A DNA stretch of 64,000 bases, taken from the IMG/VR virus record IMGVR_UViG_3300025009_000050, positions 180,053 through 244,052 of that record; one strand, 5' to 3'. This document shows, in pieces, positions 12,401-21,120 of this stretch. The translations under genes were made by a program, and so were the position numbers. The stretch's first letter is position 1. Every line of letters begins with the position of its first letter. Below the pieces are notes generated by a model. It saw nothing but the letters and a program-made list of their open reading frames with translations. It had not been told where the DNA came from and did no database searches.

Positions 12401-12406
12401 ATCCAT
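6431..12406 (-). CDS. Tape-measure-like/ejection virion protein (1991 aa) with a degenerate SNase (thermonuclease) domain
   Basis: Very long ORF directly after tube and chaperone genes; Gly-rich hydrophobic segments; VTKVIDANTF...IRLAGIHVP resembles the SNase VIDGDT...RLxGIDAPE motif. Confidence 0.65.
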   Translation of the reverse strand: MDYTNQYQKYLNSSPNETQGSFVRSALGFTAISGAAYGFHRAGGTSLLAKYIAPALSKSRRLFETTSAFGKSIDEAVADKSLFSIFSEDTIADISKNFRSRMRDVHLTPKNSVGRAPSEFVRTRMELMYTPQEALEKSTGNLIYSRVMKQLNPRHGHLTDDMFDAIKPHLEQKNDAFFRGASPDAIRELVRKSGLRDTEADHTTDVIAQAIRNQSLLAKQYGSIPSFDNEAQDILTRTLSNVAKRLRSTFKESMRVQDTWFTRVMEGAGYQQLTVGEAVKRDFFNNTVIPFSKRIKGTDRTRVVQRTMKWNQKIESLISKDAELAKLRVDKNIFVHQDTGDIIDLRHVSDSFHSTLGFLANNFHIPFVNINPLRLAHWISWQGIRSAPFSEILRRGTGQAQPVLTGHTSPIRRDYLAVNDKVFDLSPEVNLVKDNVYRASARFGLFPRTLSAMAGLEREETRILRERSGPIRKLFDYGMQDSQSDVSKITSVFTKFWNPSWARNQYDYTGKRVALWNEARESGASLEETLERSMLHVNDTDKLVDSYRSAYNILSQKSSALSNNAIERLAALRGPDGTTMASRFGLEPADFVTRTEEETMLTIGKMVEHRTTAASGSPVQDLLNKYVKLYRDPKKFANSPRVLTDELPALPGIFSMIENEGSTKLVTQLEDARRAMHMDLLYQIQKTFDTEGQSTVSSLVRSTLTGKDAERAEELLLLNRMRGENAELFRGIFRPINAEDEADAANRFLGSLAGEDTWFSESLNATVKRHTPWWGAGPGFPPPEHFGNARSLVINKSVNPIKMVNEAIKSGEGIGGVIKAFSESTIGQLGFDFGFGFRAGRDNLDKVSTASVISYYMFNRLNEAIGKAGLGLSNKSLGSAQDAYLNLIGRRFLLPMATVGYLGYSDYLASITGFKPSEELSSAYVGARIDMAKFKDATGVTSMMKRWKDMFSGSDQLAEWLPTKAINFATFGLIGDTRSSQELTEYYSYGNDPARKGRYWGTGSNTPWSGGKVDYFMPNWYRRKMTDYMMSDVMYGSRAEYYGNQWYPTLENPIGPINAIIASPHHYAYKHKEDRPYPSTGGASILEELPLFGPLASKTLSMAGIAPDMQRGDLSKAHRQYLTDINESIKSQAAEEQGYAYSTASGGIALSNIYPGIATTMGGYSISPGGNVNIGGVPIIGTPGSGSTASGQQLTSINQGIISRGAIRSMRFSKNDLMRGIDNISDLDEVMSPNSLAYRAGETYYSLTEMAGIYGFTLTQMFGGENNPRSRNTLASASYMNSFGRGFWDQNLGGMGGAVSEIFRRFAPNSKHRRNQYNPYGNQMPDWLPGPEYIMDFRHGDPYGKIQNGEARLPGSGYERLNNLHPDEFGEYGAFDRFKILADVAPYSEQHKLYKDIVSRMSLNPLERKQVTTIKKQVSQQKKKYNLYPYKFRTADIINEEVNVTKVIDANTFMTAEHPDHPIRLAGIHVPVADEASAEARAEIEAIIYPGAKVQIGIDKDPLNRVRKDVLSTMHAVVYTPEGGPLQAKLLRTVGDQVTEKETDFSAVGVNARFYPEEITVGKWWEWFAHLDTAFHTKFLQVRSPLEMYKRTEVHGKAWQPWYDPWSGIMKPTLEAFAAKSPPIAALYGAVLGRLFGSNVLGRKLGTFTGAVTAGGLSTARVLGETTDSSGEVWIPKRRRKEREINEYFDMLKYVKYKGLYEKARKQAIATEGVDVEDIIADETKRGRINKARRNTLKSLKRWLKLQDVDGQLDTDLNKSKLKDINRELTAIDEDRRLTQLGPDAIQALYYNLQAKSTLYGVDPLGDMVNIYRALPKKDREFYQYFMSADQSERKEILSLVPKNQRRLYQARWGMEQNEKVGITDYFRGHYLPTANWEGWKANVSLEDIKLKVIKNEALDMSEFGYWPDDEAYAEAAPDVDPFKPSSYIGSIQTRLSQVLRGAGLSDIDVQISHGPAAEAHSMNVNVSIDKDRTNEIINVMNRDPGNIINV

Positions 12407-12409
12407 TCG

Positions 12410-12961
12410 TTACACCCCTCTACTGCTCCCATCGTTTTTCATTTTACGTAATTCTGGGAAAGCATCGTAATCTATTGGTTGTTCCTGCGACTCATTTGTC
12501 AACGTAACTCCATGCATTGTTGACAACATCCATTCTGCCCTCGACATATAGTAGAGCGTTTTCCTTACGGTCCAACCATTAATCTCATCAAGGTCAAACT
12601 TAGGAAAAGCTGCACAAATCATAGGGGCGATTTGATGTTCAAAATTCATGGCTTCTGACCTGTAATAGTTAAGCATACTCCTACTACTATCTCCCATAAA
12701 ACCAGATTCCTTAAGTATTAATATGGTCATAGTAGTTGGAATTCCAGCATAACAATTAGTGTAGTCATAGTCTACAGGTGAAATTACGCACAACCGACAT
12801 ACGTGCTCTTCTCTTTCCTCCTCATTAGGATAGAATCTTTTAGCCTTTTCAAACTCGTCCTTGGTTAGTTCTCGCCATATAAATGTTTCATCACATATCT
12901 CAGTTTTATATACTGATTCATATTTACTATTGATGGATAATAGTACTTTTGGGTCGAACAC
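12410..12961 (-). CDS. Tail assembly chaperone (paralogue 2)
   Basis: Between tube genes and tape measure; shares FIWxxL..xE, EExVCxxC and AGIPT with the upstream gene. Confidence 0.6.
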   Translation of the reverse strand: MFDPKVLLSINSKYESVYKTEICDETFIWRELTKDEFEKAKRFYPNEEEREEHVCRLCVISPVDYDYTNCYAGIPTTMTILILKESGFMGDSSRSMLNYYRSEAMNFEHQIAPMICAAFPKFDLDEINGWTVRKTLYYMSRAEWMLSTMHGVTLTNESQEQPIDYDAFPELRKMKNDGSSRGV

Positions 12962-12980
12962 TATAATCCCACCCTGAGTT

Positions 12981-13418
12981 TTACAATTTTATAGCCGATG
13001 CTCTAGCTGAGAAACCGGATTTGTCCATAATCTGTTCACTAAGAAATGTAGGAATGCCTGCTTTACCGCTAGCCATATTTGAGAAATTGTAACTTACAGG
13101 CCATATGATGCATTTCTCACAGACACGTTCTTCCTTGTAGTAGCTATCAGCGCCCTGTACCTTCATAATGTCTTTGTATTCCTTACGAGACAAACAGTGC
13201 CAGATGAATACGTCTTCATCAAACTCTGTAAAGTAGATATCCTTATATCTAGACTTCCATTCTTCAATCTTGTTTAGTGTTGGACCTTCGGGGAATAGCA
13301 ATTCCTCACCATCGCTATTAAACACGGAACCATACTCTTCCTCAACAATATTGACTTCATCCACAACTTCTTCATCCATAATTTCTTCAACGACTTCTTC
13401 TTTCTTAATTTTAGCCAT
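12981..13418 (-). CDS. Tail assembly chaperone (paralogue 1)
   Basis: Position, acidic N-terminus, FIWHCLSRKEY / EERVCEKC / AGIPT. Confidence 0.6.
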   Translation of the reverse strand: MAKIKKEEVVEEIMDEEVVDEVNIVEEEYGSVFNSDGEELLFPEGPTLNKIEEWKSRYKDIYFTEFDEDVFIWHCLSRKEYKDIMKVQGADSYYKEERVCEKCIIWPVSYNFSNMASGKAGIPTFLSEQIMDKSGFSARASAIKL

Positions 13419-13432
13419 GATTATCCTCCTAA

Positions 13433-14230
13433 TTATTTGCCTAACCTAGTAAAATCACCATCTAGGTCTCTGGCTATAAATGAATACTCTTCAAACAATG
13501 GTTGTCCACTTGGGTCAATGCTTTGGCTACAACCAGTTAATTGCACACCAACAATAGTCTTAACTGTATGATTTATCGCTGTCTCTTGTTTGCCAGATAT
13601 CTCTGTTTCCCTTTCCATAGCTCCATATGTGATCATGATATTCAGACCATCCTTGTGTAGCGAAGGCTGTCTTCCTTTTGGATAAAAGTATGTCGAGTTC
13701 TCTTGTTCGTTTACTCTCTGTTTGAATGCCTCAGTACCAGAACCCCATAAGGACTCCTCATACACGTCTGCTAAGTTCTCGAACTTGTCTACTGTCATAT
13801 TACTTGCCGCAGCAAGAATACCTTCTATTGTATTTTCACGATATGTATTAGTAAATTCAAATGGAGGGTTTGTGGTTCCAGTTTTACGTTCATTTTCTAG
13901 TTCGTTAGTTACTGCATGAATATAATAAGCCTCTTTAAACGAGATACGAAACGATCCCTGGATAAGTCTAGTCCCTCTGGCTACAGCATCATAAGTATAG
14001 CTTGCATATCCATATATAGGGGCCACGTTCTCATTAATTGAGAACTGCATTGTTACTATGTCATCGACTAATACGTCTCCGAAATAGATACTGACATCAC
14101 AGCCACTAAAATATTCCTCACTGAATCTTTGATACTCAACCATACTACGTTGTCCAGAGACAAATCTTGGGCTCCTATGACTTCCATATTGAATGGCACT
14201 ACGCTCTGCACCTGGCCAATTTCTAATCAT
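13433..14230 (-). CDS. Tail tube-like protein 3 (tube initiator/baseplate hub-like)
   Basis: YFSGCDVSIYFG...APIYGYAS...ARGTRLIQGSF...YSFIARD parallels the two tube proteins. Confidence 0.6.
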   Translation of the reverse strand: MIRNWPGAERSAIQYGSHRSPRFVSGQRSMVEYQRFSEEYFSGCDVSIYFGDVLVDDIVTMQFSINENVAPIYGYASYTYDAVARGTRLIQGSFRISFKEAYYIHAVTNELENERKTGTTNPPFEFTNTYRENTIEGILAAASNMTVDKFENLADVYEESLWGSGTEAFKQRVNEQENSTYFYPKGRQPSLHKDGLNIMITYGAMERETEISGKQETAINHTVKTIVGVQLTGCSQSIDPSGQPLFEEYSFIARDLDGDFTRLGK

Positions 14231-14233
14231 ACT

Positions 14234-14779
14234 TTAACCTCCAATTAACCAGCTATAATCTTCTTCTTCAATTTCAGTCAGCACCTCTATATCTATAGCC
14301 ATGTAAGACATGGTTTGTTCTGTGATCATATCTTCGATACTCATTGTCTGTCCTTCGTCTATGAAGGTGATACCATATAAACGGATAACTGCCCTCTGGC
14401 CATATTCGTTATTGAATGTGATTGTTATATCTATTGGAGGCATTTCATCCATCTTCATATTAACCATCATATCCTTCTTATCGAGTTCAGGTATGCTGCT
14501 GTAAGATGTTCCTACCAATCCTTTCTCGATGAGTTTTCTTATAATGTGTCGATCAAATACTGTGAATATTAGCGACCCAGCTATAGTACGTGGTCCCTTT
14601 GTAAAGCCTTTAGGATTAATTCTACCAAGCGTTCTCACTGGAAACTTCTCTCTATGAATACTGTAGGATATAGTTTGCAATTCTCCAATCACCATAGTTG
14701 AACCACCAACTGGAGTGATTGTAGCTACAATATCTGAACCAGAAAAGCTAGTATATGTCTTAGTATATTTGCTTGTCAT
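14234..14779 (-). CDS. Tail tube protein paralogue 2
   Basis: YTKTYTSFSGSDIVAT...GELQTISYS...IAGSLIFTVFDR; clear paralogue of 14828-15367. Confidence 0.7.
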   Translation of the reverse strand: MTSKYTKTYTSFSGSDIVATITPVGGSTMVIGELQTISYSIHREKFPVRTLGRINPKGFTKGPRTIAGSLIFTVFDRHIIRKLIEKGLVGTSYSSIPELDKKDMMVNMKMDEMPPIDITITFNNEYGQRAVIRLYGITFIDEGQTMSIEDMITEQTMSYMAIDIEVLTEIEEEDYSWLIGG

Positions 14780-14796
14780 AGTATTTCTCCTTATGT

Positions 14797-14828
14797 ATAA
14801 GTGATGGGGCTATAGCCCCATCACTTAT
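14797..14828. terminator. 32-bp perfect palindrome between tube genes (terminator or mRNA-stabilising hairpin)
   Basis: ataagtgatggggctatagccccatcacttat; no U-tract. Confidence 0.55.
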
Positions 14829-15367
14829 TAGCTTTTAGGTATCATATGGCTGAGTCCACGAGCAACGAATGTGCAAGCTTTCTCAGTAGTTATATCGTCA
14901 ATTGATAAACCCATACCTTCATTGAGTATTTCTACACCATAAATAGACATAGTAGAAGATTGACCATACTCGTTCATGAATGTTATTACGATATCAAACG
15001 GAGGAATTTGGTCAGCATAGATTGCGTCAGCCTCAACGAATTCGTTATTATTATCCTGAGCAGTATCCCATTCATCCATACTCATGGGATCTTTTGTGTT
15101 GGCACTAGCAGTCATGTACTTACTGTCATCCTTCATATTGTGGAATACATCACGGTCAAACACTTGGAACACTAAGGAACCAGCAATACCGCGTTTACCA
15201 CGGCTAAAGGACCTAGGGTCAGGAGAACCCATTGTGTAGATCGGAGCTTTTTCACGGGTGACTGAATAAGTAATAGCTTGTAATTCACCAATTACCTTTC
15301 CAGCAAATGTTGCAACAATGTCAGCACCGCTGAAACTAGTATATGTCTTTGTGTAACTTGATTTCAT
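14828..15367 (-). CDS. Major tail tube protein
   Basis: Immediately downstream of sheath; TYTSFSGADIVATF..GELQAITYS..RGKRGIAGSLVF. Confidence 0.75.
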   Translation of the reverse strand: MKSSYTKTYTSFSGADIVATFAGKVIGELQAITYSVTREKAPIYTMGSPDPRSFSRGKRGIAGSLVFQVFDRDVFHNMKDDSKYMTASANTKDPMSMDEWDTAQDNNNEFVEADAIYADQIPPFDIVITFMNEYGQSSTMSIYGVEILNEGMGLSIDDITTEKACTFVARGLSHMIPKS

Positions 15368-15383
15368 TGGAAAACCTCCTCAT

Positions 15384-17024
15384 TTAGAATGTGGCCCTTA
15401 AAGATACATTAACTCTGATCTTGCGATTCTCTAATGCAGGAACCAATTCAAGGTCAATATATGATTCGCCAAGAATTTTCTGCTCTAATGTAGCAGTGAT
15501 GCTGAATCTATGGGCAGTTATAGCACCAGCAGTTTTCATCTTATTGAGTCCAGATTTGATTGCTGTGTTAAGTGCATTACGTTGCGGAAGTTCATTAGGC
15601 TCACCAATGAATGGCTCAGCTTCTTCACGCACTAATTTAACTGCAGCAAAAACAATTCTCATCGTACTTAAACGAGAATAATCGGATTTCTGTCCATTAG
15701 CTAATGGAGCTGATGCTGTACAACCATCTGTAACAGCTACGCCTTCAGTACGATTTTTAAATGTCACGTAGTTATATTCAGTCAGATCATTGAGTTGGGC
15801 TGGACTTAGCTTGTAGCGGAGGGAACGAACATTAGATAGAATTTTATTTGTGGGAGCAGATTCTGCTGGCAAACTAGATATTAAACCAGCATAAGCAGCG
15901 GCACCAGGAGCATAATATCTACCGATAACTGGGTGAACAAATTGCAATTCCGGCATTGCTACTACATTTACATAATGACCAACTGAAATTTGTATACCAG
16001 TCAATACGTTCTTCTCATAAGCAGGGAATGTGAAGGTCCCAGCCTCCTCATCATGAGTAACCTTTATCTTGTAATATTTATTTGCATTGGTTCTAGTCCT
16101 AAGCGCTGTTACCTTAGTCTTTACGTTAGTCTGACTTACCGTAGCAATTGGCTTACAAGCGATAACACCGAATGTTTCGATGCCTCTCTCAGATACATTA
16201 GCACAATGGTTAGCTAGTTGTTCTGCATAACCGATTTCTTCACCAGCTTTGGCATGACCTACCGGATACACATCATCTGCATACAAACCAAGTACAGAAA
16301 TAGAATCTGTTTCATAATCCTCTATTGCCTGGTATGCATGATACATTTCATGATAAGTATCGTCGGCAGTCATATTAAGACCATCGCTACCGCCTGTTAA
16401 CTTAGTAGCTGGTTTAACAGCTAATACATCTGCAGCTACATCAGCTAAGATACCATCTTCTCCTAACTCAGCAATAACAACGTTGTTATTAGGATTGTCA
16501 TTGATAAGTTTAATGAGTTCTTCTATAGTCATGGTAGGTGTGATATTGAAGGTTAGAGTTGAACTACCCTTCTCTGCTGGTTTAGTAATAGTTAATGTGG
16601 TTGCTTTAGATTCTACTACAATAACTGTATACGCAGTGTTATTGTATAGGGAGCCTGCATAAACGGCTGTTAGTTTAATTGCTTTTCCGGGTGTTACCGC
16701 AGTAATGTCTTCAATGTTGGCAGACGCAAACTCGCCACCTACTCTGACTAAACGGATATCGCGGCAACCTGCATTGTAACTCTCCAACATTCCAAGCAAG
16801 AGACTTGTTCCATTGGCTATGCCATTAGCAACATTGTATGGTTTTCCAAAAACTAATTCAGCATCTTCTGGACGATATACAGATACAGGTTCATGCTTTG
16901 GACCATCGGTAGCAGTACCAATCAGTGTTACACTATTAGTTGTTACTGTCTCACGAGGTATAGTCAAACCTCCATCTTTATATTCGATAGTAAAACCAGG
17001 AAGATATTGATATAAGTCTGTCAT
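15384..17024 (-). CDS. Contractile tail sheath protein
   Basis: YLPGFTIEY, IGTATDGP, LVRV, LSTMRIV, EPFIGEPN and C-terminal LELVP..IRVNV sheath motifs. Confidence 0.85.
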   Translation of the reverse strand: MTDLYQYLPGFTIEYKDGGLTIPRETVTTNSVTLIGTATDGPKHEPVSVYRPEDAELVFGKPYNVANGIANGTSLLLGMLESYNAGCRDIRLVRVGGEFASANIEDITAVTPGKAIKLTAVYAGSLYNNTAYTVIVVESKATTLTITKPAEKGSSTLTFNITPTMTIEELIKLINDNPNNNVVIAELGEDGILADVAADVLAVKPATKLTGGSDGLNMTADDTYHEMYHAYQAIEDYETDSISVLGLYADDVYPVGHAKAGEEIGYAEQLANHCANVSERGIETFGVIACKPIATVSQTNVKTKVTALRTRTNANKYYKIKVTHDEEAGTFTFPAYEKNVLTGIQISVGHYVNVVAMPELQFVHPVIGRYYAPGAAAYAGLISSLPAESAPTNKILSNVRSLRYKLSPAQLNDLTEYNYVTFKNRTEGVAVTDGCTASAPLANGQKSDYSRLSTMRIVFAAVKLVREEAEPFIGEPNELPQRNALNTAIKSGLNKMKTAGAITAHRFSITATLEQKILGESYIDLELVPALENRKIRVNVSLRATF

Positions 17025-17050
17025 TGAGATATTCCTCCTTGATTAGTTTG

Positions 17051-17629
17051 TCAATCTTCTACTTTAAATACAAGATCGCCATTAACTCTTACTGTAATCA
17101 TATTAAGTTTAGATGAGCTTACCGATGTAAGTTTTTCTAAACGAACTTGATATAGTAATGTTCTATGAGCTAATTTGACTCTAGAACTACTTTCGCTGTT
17201 ATCTTCTAACTGCTGGTTGAACAAGATGTTTTGCACTCCACTACGCATCAAATCGCCTTTATAGATTATTAATGTGTCTTCAAACTCATTCATGAGTTTG
17301 TTAGCTGATTCATTAGTAGCGCACCATATACTAAATTCAATTATATAGTCAAACTTTTGACCATATATTAATATGGTTTTATTAGGTTGATTGGGATCTT
17401 CGAATGGGAGTTCTCTAATCTTAGGCGTAATCTCTTTATTTGATGGAACCCTGCTCATTACCTTATATGTTATTAAAGGAGGTTTTATTTGTTCAGGGTC
17501 TGTTCCACTTGGGAATGCTTCTACAAATGTTACACCCTCCATAGTGTTATCGACTAAAGACTTGAGAAGAGTTGTGAATCCTTCGAAGTCACAGCTACTA
17601 TCTGCCTGTAATCTAAATTCCTTAGGCAT
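17051..17629 (-). CDS. Putative tail terminator/completion protein
   Basis: Position upstream of sheath; PLITY...IEFSIW pattern typical of tail-completion proteins. Confidence 0.5.
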   Translation of the reverse strand: MPKEFRLQADSSCDFEGFTTLLKSLVDNTMEGVTFVEAFPSGTDPEQIKPPLITYKVMSRVPSNKEITPKIRELPFEDPNQPNKTILIYGQKFDYIIEFSIWCATNESANKLMNEFEDTLIIYKGDLMRSGVQNILFNQQLEDNSESSSRVKLAHRTLLYQVRLEKLTSVSSSKLNMITVRVNGDLVFKVED

Positions 17630-17641
17630 AATAATCCCTCA

Positions 17642-19069
17642 TTATACTCTTACTGTTACAGTTATTGACTTTATCTCGCCAATAGGTACAGCAGTTATAG
17701 TTATAATCTTCTCGTCAGTTGATTCAGTAATGTTTATTGAGAATTCTCTTACATAATTATTAGTAACTAGATTCGACATAACAGTCGTAACCTTTTGCAC
17801 AATATATGAGGAGTTAAATCCAGTGTCTATACTACCTATAAAATTTGATAGGACTTCTTGCACATCATTCGATATCTTCTGGGATATCCGAACATATGTT
17901 AGTGATTTATATATACTTTTGTCTTTATCTAAAGTTAAGGCCGAATTTACAACTGGACCATTACGAATAGAATTTCTTACTGGGTTTAATCCTACATTAG
18001 TAAGTGCATTAATTTCCTTCTGGCTAAATGAGTACAATAATTCACCAGAGCAAAGACGTTTGTTCATAACGCTATTACTACTAGGAAGCAATGTGCACAA
18101 TCCACCAATTGCTGGAGCTAATGTAGTCTTGAACGTACTTGTGCCATCATATATGTTTGCTTCTCCAACAATTACAGATACGAAACGGCCAGAATCACCA
18201 TCATTTTCAGTTAAATCATTCTTGTGTTCTGACGTAATTAAACTATTGACATACTCTTCGACAGTTTCAATGTCTGTCTTTGGTCTTGCAGAAACAATTC
18301 CAATAGTACTCATGCCTGTCTCATTCCGTTTATAGCAGAATGAAGCTAAGTCCTTAATGTAATTTTCATTACCAGCGTAATAAGCACCGCTAAGTACAAT
18401 AACTTCAGCTGGAAAATTGAAAATCATGTCCTCGTATCCTTCTAAAAGTGACTGTGCAAGTGTTTCAGAATCATAGTCACGTCCATTACTAAGCATTGTG
18501 AAAGGTTGACTAGCTAATGAACTAGTATGGATAGAAGCTGATGACAAGTCATCATTTAATATCGCACAAACATCTACAAGCCCAATCTTAGAGTCGTCAT
18601 TTATGGCCTCACATAGATGGCCTAATGTAGGGTAAATAGTCAAATCATAAGTTCTATTAGTGTTATTAATATTCTTTATAATTAGCTTATCTGCTAGTCC
18701 TGATGCTACCGTTACACTAAAGCTTATTGCATCATTATACTTAACTCCAGCATTCTTACTATATAAAGTAAAGGCCACATCTGTTGGACTATCTATTATA
18801 TCTGGCTGTGTTCTATATGGTACTTGGTACCAAGAGGCACATCCATTTACTCTCATTAGATATATATCGACAGCACCAACTTCGCTAGCAACATACCAGG
18901 CTTCAGATAAATCACAACTGCCGAAAGTACTACTAGCAACTTCATAAGAATTGATATATGTTGGTTCCCATACGGGACCATCACTTGCGTATCCAATTAT
19001 GAGGACAGTATTGCTGGGGACAATATCATAGCTAATTTTAGGAGATGAAAATACGATATGGATACTCAA
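17642..19069 (-). CDS. Second tail sheath-like protein
   Basis: IIGYASDGP, YLMRVNG, LNPVR, YVRI, FIG, PIGEIKSITVTV; divergent sheath paralogue. Confidence 0.75.
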   Translation of the reverse strand: MSIHIVFSSPKISYDIVPSNTVLIIGYASDGPVWEPTYINSYEVASSTFGSCDLSEAWYVASEVGAVDIYLMRVNGCASWYQVPYRTQPDIIDSPTDVAFTLYSKNAGVKYNDAISFSVTVASGLADKLIIKNINNTNRTYDLTIYPTLGHLCEAINDDSKIGLVDVCAILNDDLSSASIHTSSLASQPFTMLSNGRDYDSETLAQSLLEGYEDMIFNFPAEVIVLSGAYYAGNENYIKDLASFCYKRNETGMSTIGIVSARPKTDIETVEEYVNSLITSEHKNDLTENDGDSGRFVSVIVGEANIYDGTSTFKTTLAPAIGGLCTLLPSSNSVMNKRLCSGELLYSFSQKEINALTNVGLNPVRNSIRNGPVVNSALTLDKDKSIYKSLTYVRISQKISNDVQEVLSNFIGSIDTGFNSSYIVQKVTTVMSNLVTNNYVREFSINITESTDEKIITITAVPIGEIKSITVTVRV

Positions 19070-19073
19070 TTAT

Positions 19074-19607
19074 TTACCTCCTAAAACCAATATCATATAT
19101 TAGATCTACTCCAGATTTACGTACATTGAAAGCAACGATTTCCTTTTGAACTGCTTGGATTCCACAAAATATTTTAGAGTATTCTACTCTTCCATTATCG
19201 CTTCTAAGATTATCAATTGTATTTATCTCATAAATGGAGTAGTCAGATAGTATCGGTAATCCATTTTTGTCAAAGTCACAATCTATCAGCAAATCCTTGA
19301 TATTGGGTTTGACATTATATCTAAAGTAAAATACTCTTGATGGAACGGCTACCTGCCCATAATCAGTTTGTTTGTTAGACCTTGCTAGTGTTTCAGGTAT
19401 ATTTGCTATACCGCTTCTACATCTATGTCTCTCAACTACAGATATAAAGCCAAGTCCATAGCAATATGGACAAGTTACTGGAGACTCTTGAGTTTTATCA
19501 TTCCAGCAGATACATCTTCGGTTTTTACCACTACGGATAAGTAATACAGAATAACCATATTTAGAAAGCAGGTCTTCAAATTCTTTTCTAAGATCCAACG
19601 ACCTCAC
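19074..19607 (-). CDS. Putative head-closure/neck protein with Zn-binding Cys motif
   Basis: Position after adaptor; CxC...CPYCYGLG. Confidence 0.5.
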   Translation of the reverse strand: MRSLDLRKEFEDLLSKYGYSVLLIRSGKNRRCICWNDKTQESPVTCPYCYGLGFISVVERHRCRSGIANIPETLARSNKQTDYGQVAVPSRVFYFRYNVKPNIKDLLIDCDFDKNGLPILSDYSIYEINTIDNLRSDNGRVEYSKIFCGIQAVQKEIVAFNVRKSGVDLIYDIGFRR

Positions 19608-21082
19608 TCCTTGTATGCTATTCTATCGTGGAATGATTGATAAGCAGAGACATTTTCTCCTCTTACGGCTGATTTAGGAGTTGCATATCCTCGGTTAAAG
19701 CCTAGATTCATTAATTGGTCTAACCAAGGTTTAATTCTTTCCTTAAGCATACGTAGGATGTTTGTTGCGTCACCCAATATAGGTAGAAGAGATTGGACAT
19801 GGAAGTCTCCTAATTCCTTACTCATACCTACAGTAGATGACTTCTCCATATATGCATATAAGAAAGTGTCATATCCAGCTTGATATCTAACATACTGTTT
19901 TATATAGAAAGGAAGGTTAGCTGTATCGGTCCAATCCGTTGGAACTGAACCTATAACGCTAGCTTCGACTAATGTTCTAAGTTCTCTAGCATTTATGCTT
20001 GCATCTCTTATCGCTTTATAGATAATATGAGGAGGTAGGTGACCAGTGATTGGATAAATATCTGTAGCAACATCACTGAACTCACAATATAGTGGCGAAT
20101 AAGTTGTAGTGAATATATACTCATAGTCATATATCAGTTCATCACCATCTATAGATGATATCGAATTATTAACTATGATTCGATACTCTTTATTGATTAG
20201 TAGTGATGATGTAGGGACTATTGTGATTGTATCTTCATTGAGGGTTATAGTTACTTCGATATTGCCTGAAGGGAATTCCTGAAGGGTTATTCTATTGGAT
20301 ATTGAATCAGGGTCAATATTGTAATTAAAGGTTATACTCAGAGGAGTATTTATTCCGATGTTACATGCTTTATCGAGTGGTGAGGTATGTATGACCTCTA
20401 ATGATCTAGATTCTATGTATGAACTACTAACTATATTAGAATAATAGAACCTTACAGTATCGCTAAATTCACTTTGACCATTAGATGTTGTATACAACAT
20501 TCTACAAAAGTATGGACCATCAATAAAAACTATATTAGGGGTTACTGATGTTGAACCATCTATGATAGAAGTAAACCATAAATCTACACTAAAATCTGAG
20601 GATGGACTAATCTGTATATCGTATGTTAGGGCTTCGTTAATACTACTCCAACTAATTGTTGGGGCATTACTGATTGTTGTGTTAGATGCTGGACTAATTA
20701 TAACTGGCTTAATCAATATCGGAGCATCTACAGTAGAAAATAGATATTGGAATTTTCCTAACATTCCATTGCCGAATATGTCTTTAATACCAGTTACGAT
20801 ACTGTCATTCCCATTAAGATCACCTATTACAGTGACGCGATATACAGTATTAGCGTCTAATGGTTCTGATGGTATGAATGTAGCTACTTTCTTACTATAA
20901 GAGATTGTACCGCTGATATTAGTGAATATATTATCGACTTTCTTGTCTAATAGGATATTACCAGCCAACGTAGTTGGGCTTAAATCCCTATTAAATGTGA
21001 TATTAATTGATGTACTTCGAAGTACATCAATGGAATCCTGATTTGGAGATACATCATCAATTGTCAATAAATAAGTTGGCAT
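19604..21082 (-). CDS. Ig-like (SbsA/Big_5, FN3) domain protein fused to a putative head-tail adaptor
   Basis: Two SP......I.ITFN..I/L.P repeats with PL..N..YR; C-terminal ~160 aa helical adaptor-like region; directly after MCP. Confidence 0.6.
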   Translation of the reverse strand: MPTYLLTIDDVSPNQDSIDVLRSTSINITFNRDLSPTTLAGNILLDKKVDNIFTNISGTISYSKKVATFIPSEPLDANTVYRVTVIGDLNGNDSIVTGIKDIFGNGMLGKFQYLFSTVDAPILIKPVIISPASNTTISNAPTISWSSINEALTYDIQISPSSDFSVDLWFTSIIDGSTSVTPNIVFIDGPYFCRMLYTTSNGQSEFSDTVRFYYSNIVSSSYIESRSLEVIHTSPLDKACNIGINTPLSITFNYNIDPDSISNRITLQEFPSGNIEVTITLNEDTITIVPTSSLLINKEYRIIVNNSISSIDGDELIYDYEYIFTTTYSPLYCEFSDVATDIYPITGHLPPHIIYKAIRDASINARELRTLVEASVIGSVPTDWTDTANLPFYIKQYVRYQAGYDTFLYAYMEKSSTVGMSKELGDFHVQSLLPILGDATNILRMLKERIKPWLDQLMNLGFNRGYATPKSAVRGENVSAYQSFHDRIAYKE

Positions 21083-21120
21083 CTGTTATCACTCCTTACA
21101 ATCAGGTTTTATGTAGATGA

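Noticed and set aside
12961-12990. Programmed -1 frameshift between tail chaperones
   Set aside because: No slippery heptamer seen; the second gene has its own SD and start.
13433-19607. eCIS or tailocin locus
   Set aside because: Capsid, portal, protease and terminase genes are in the same operon, so this is a complete phage.
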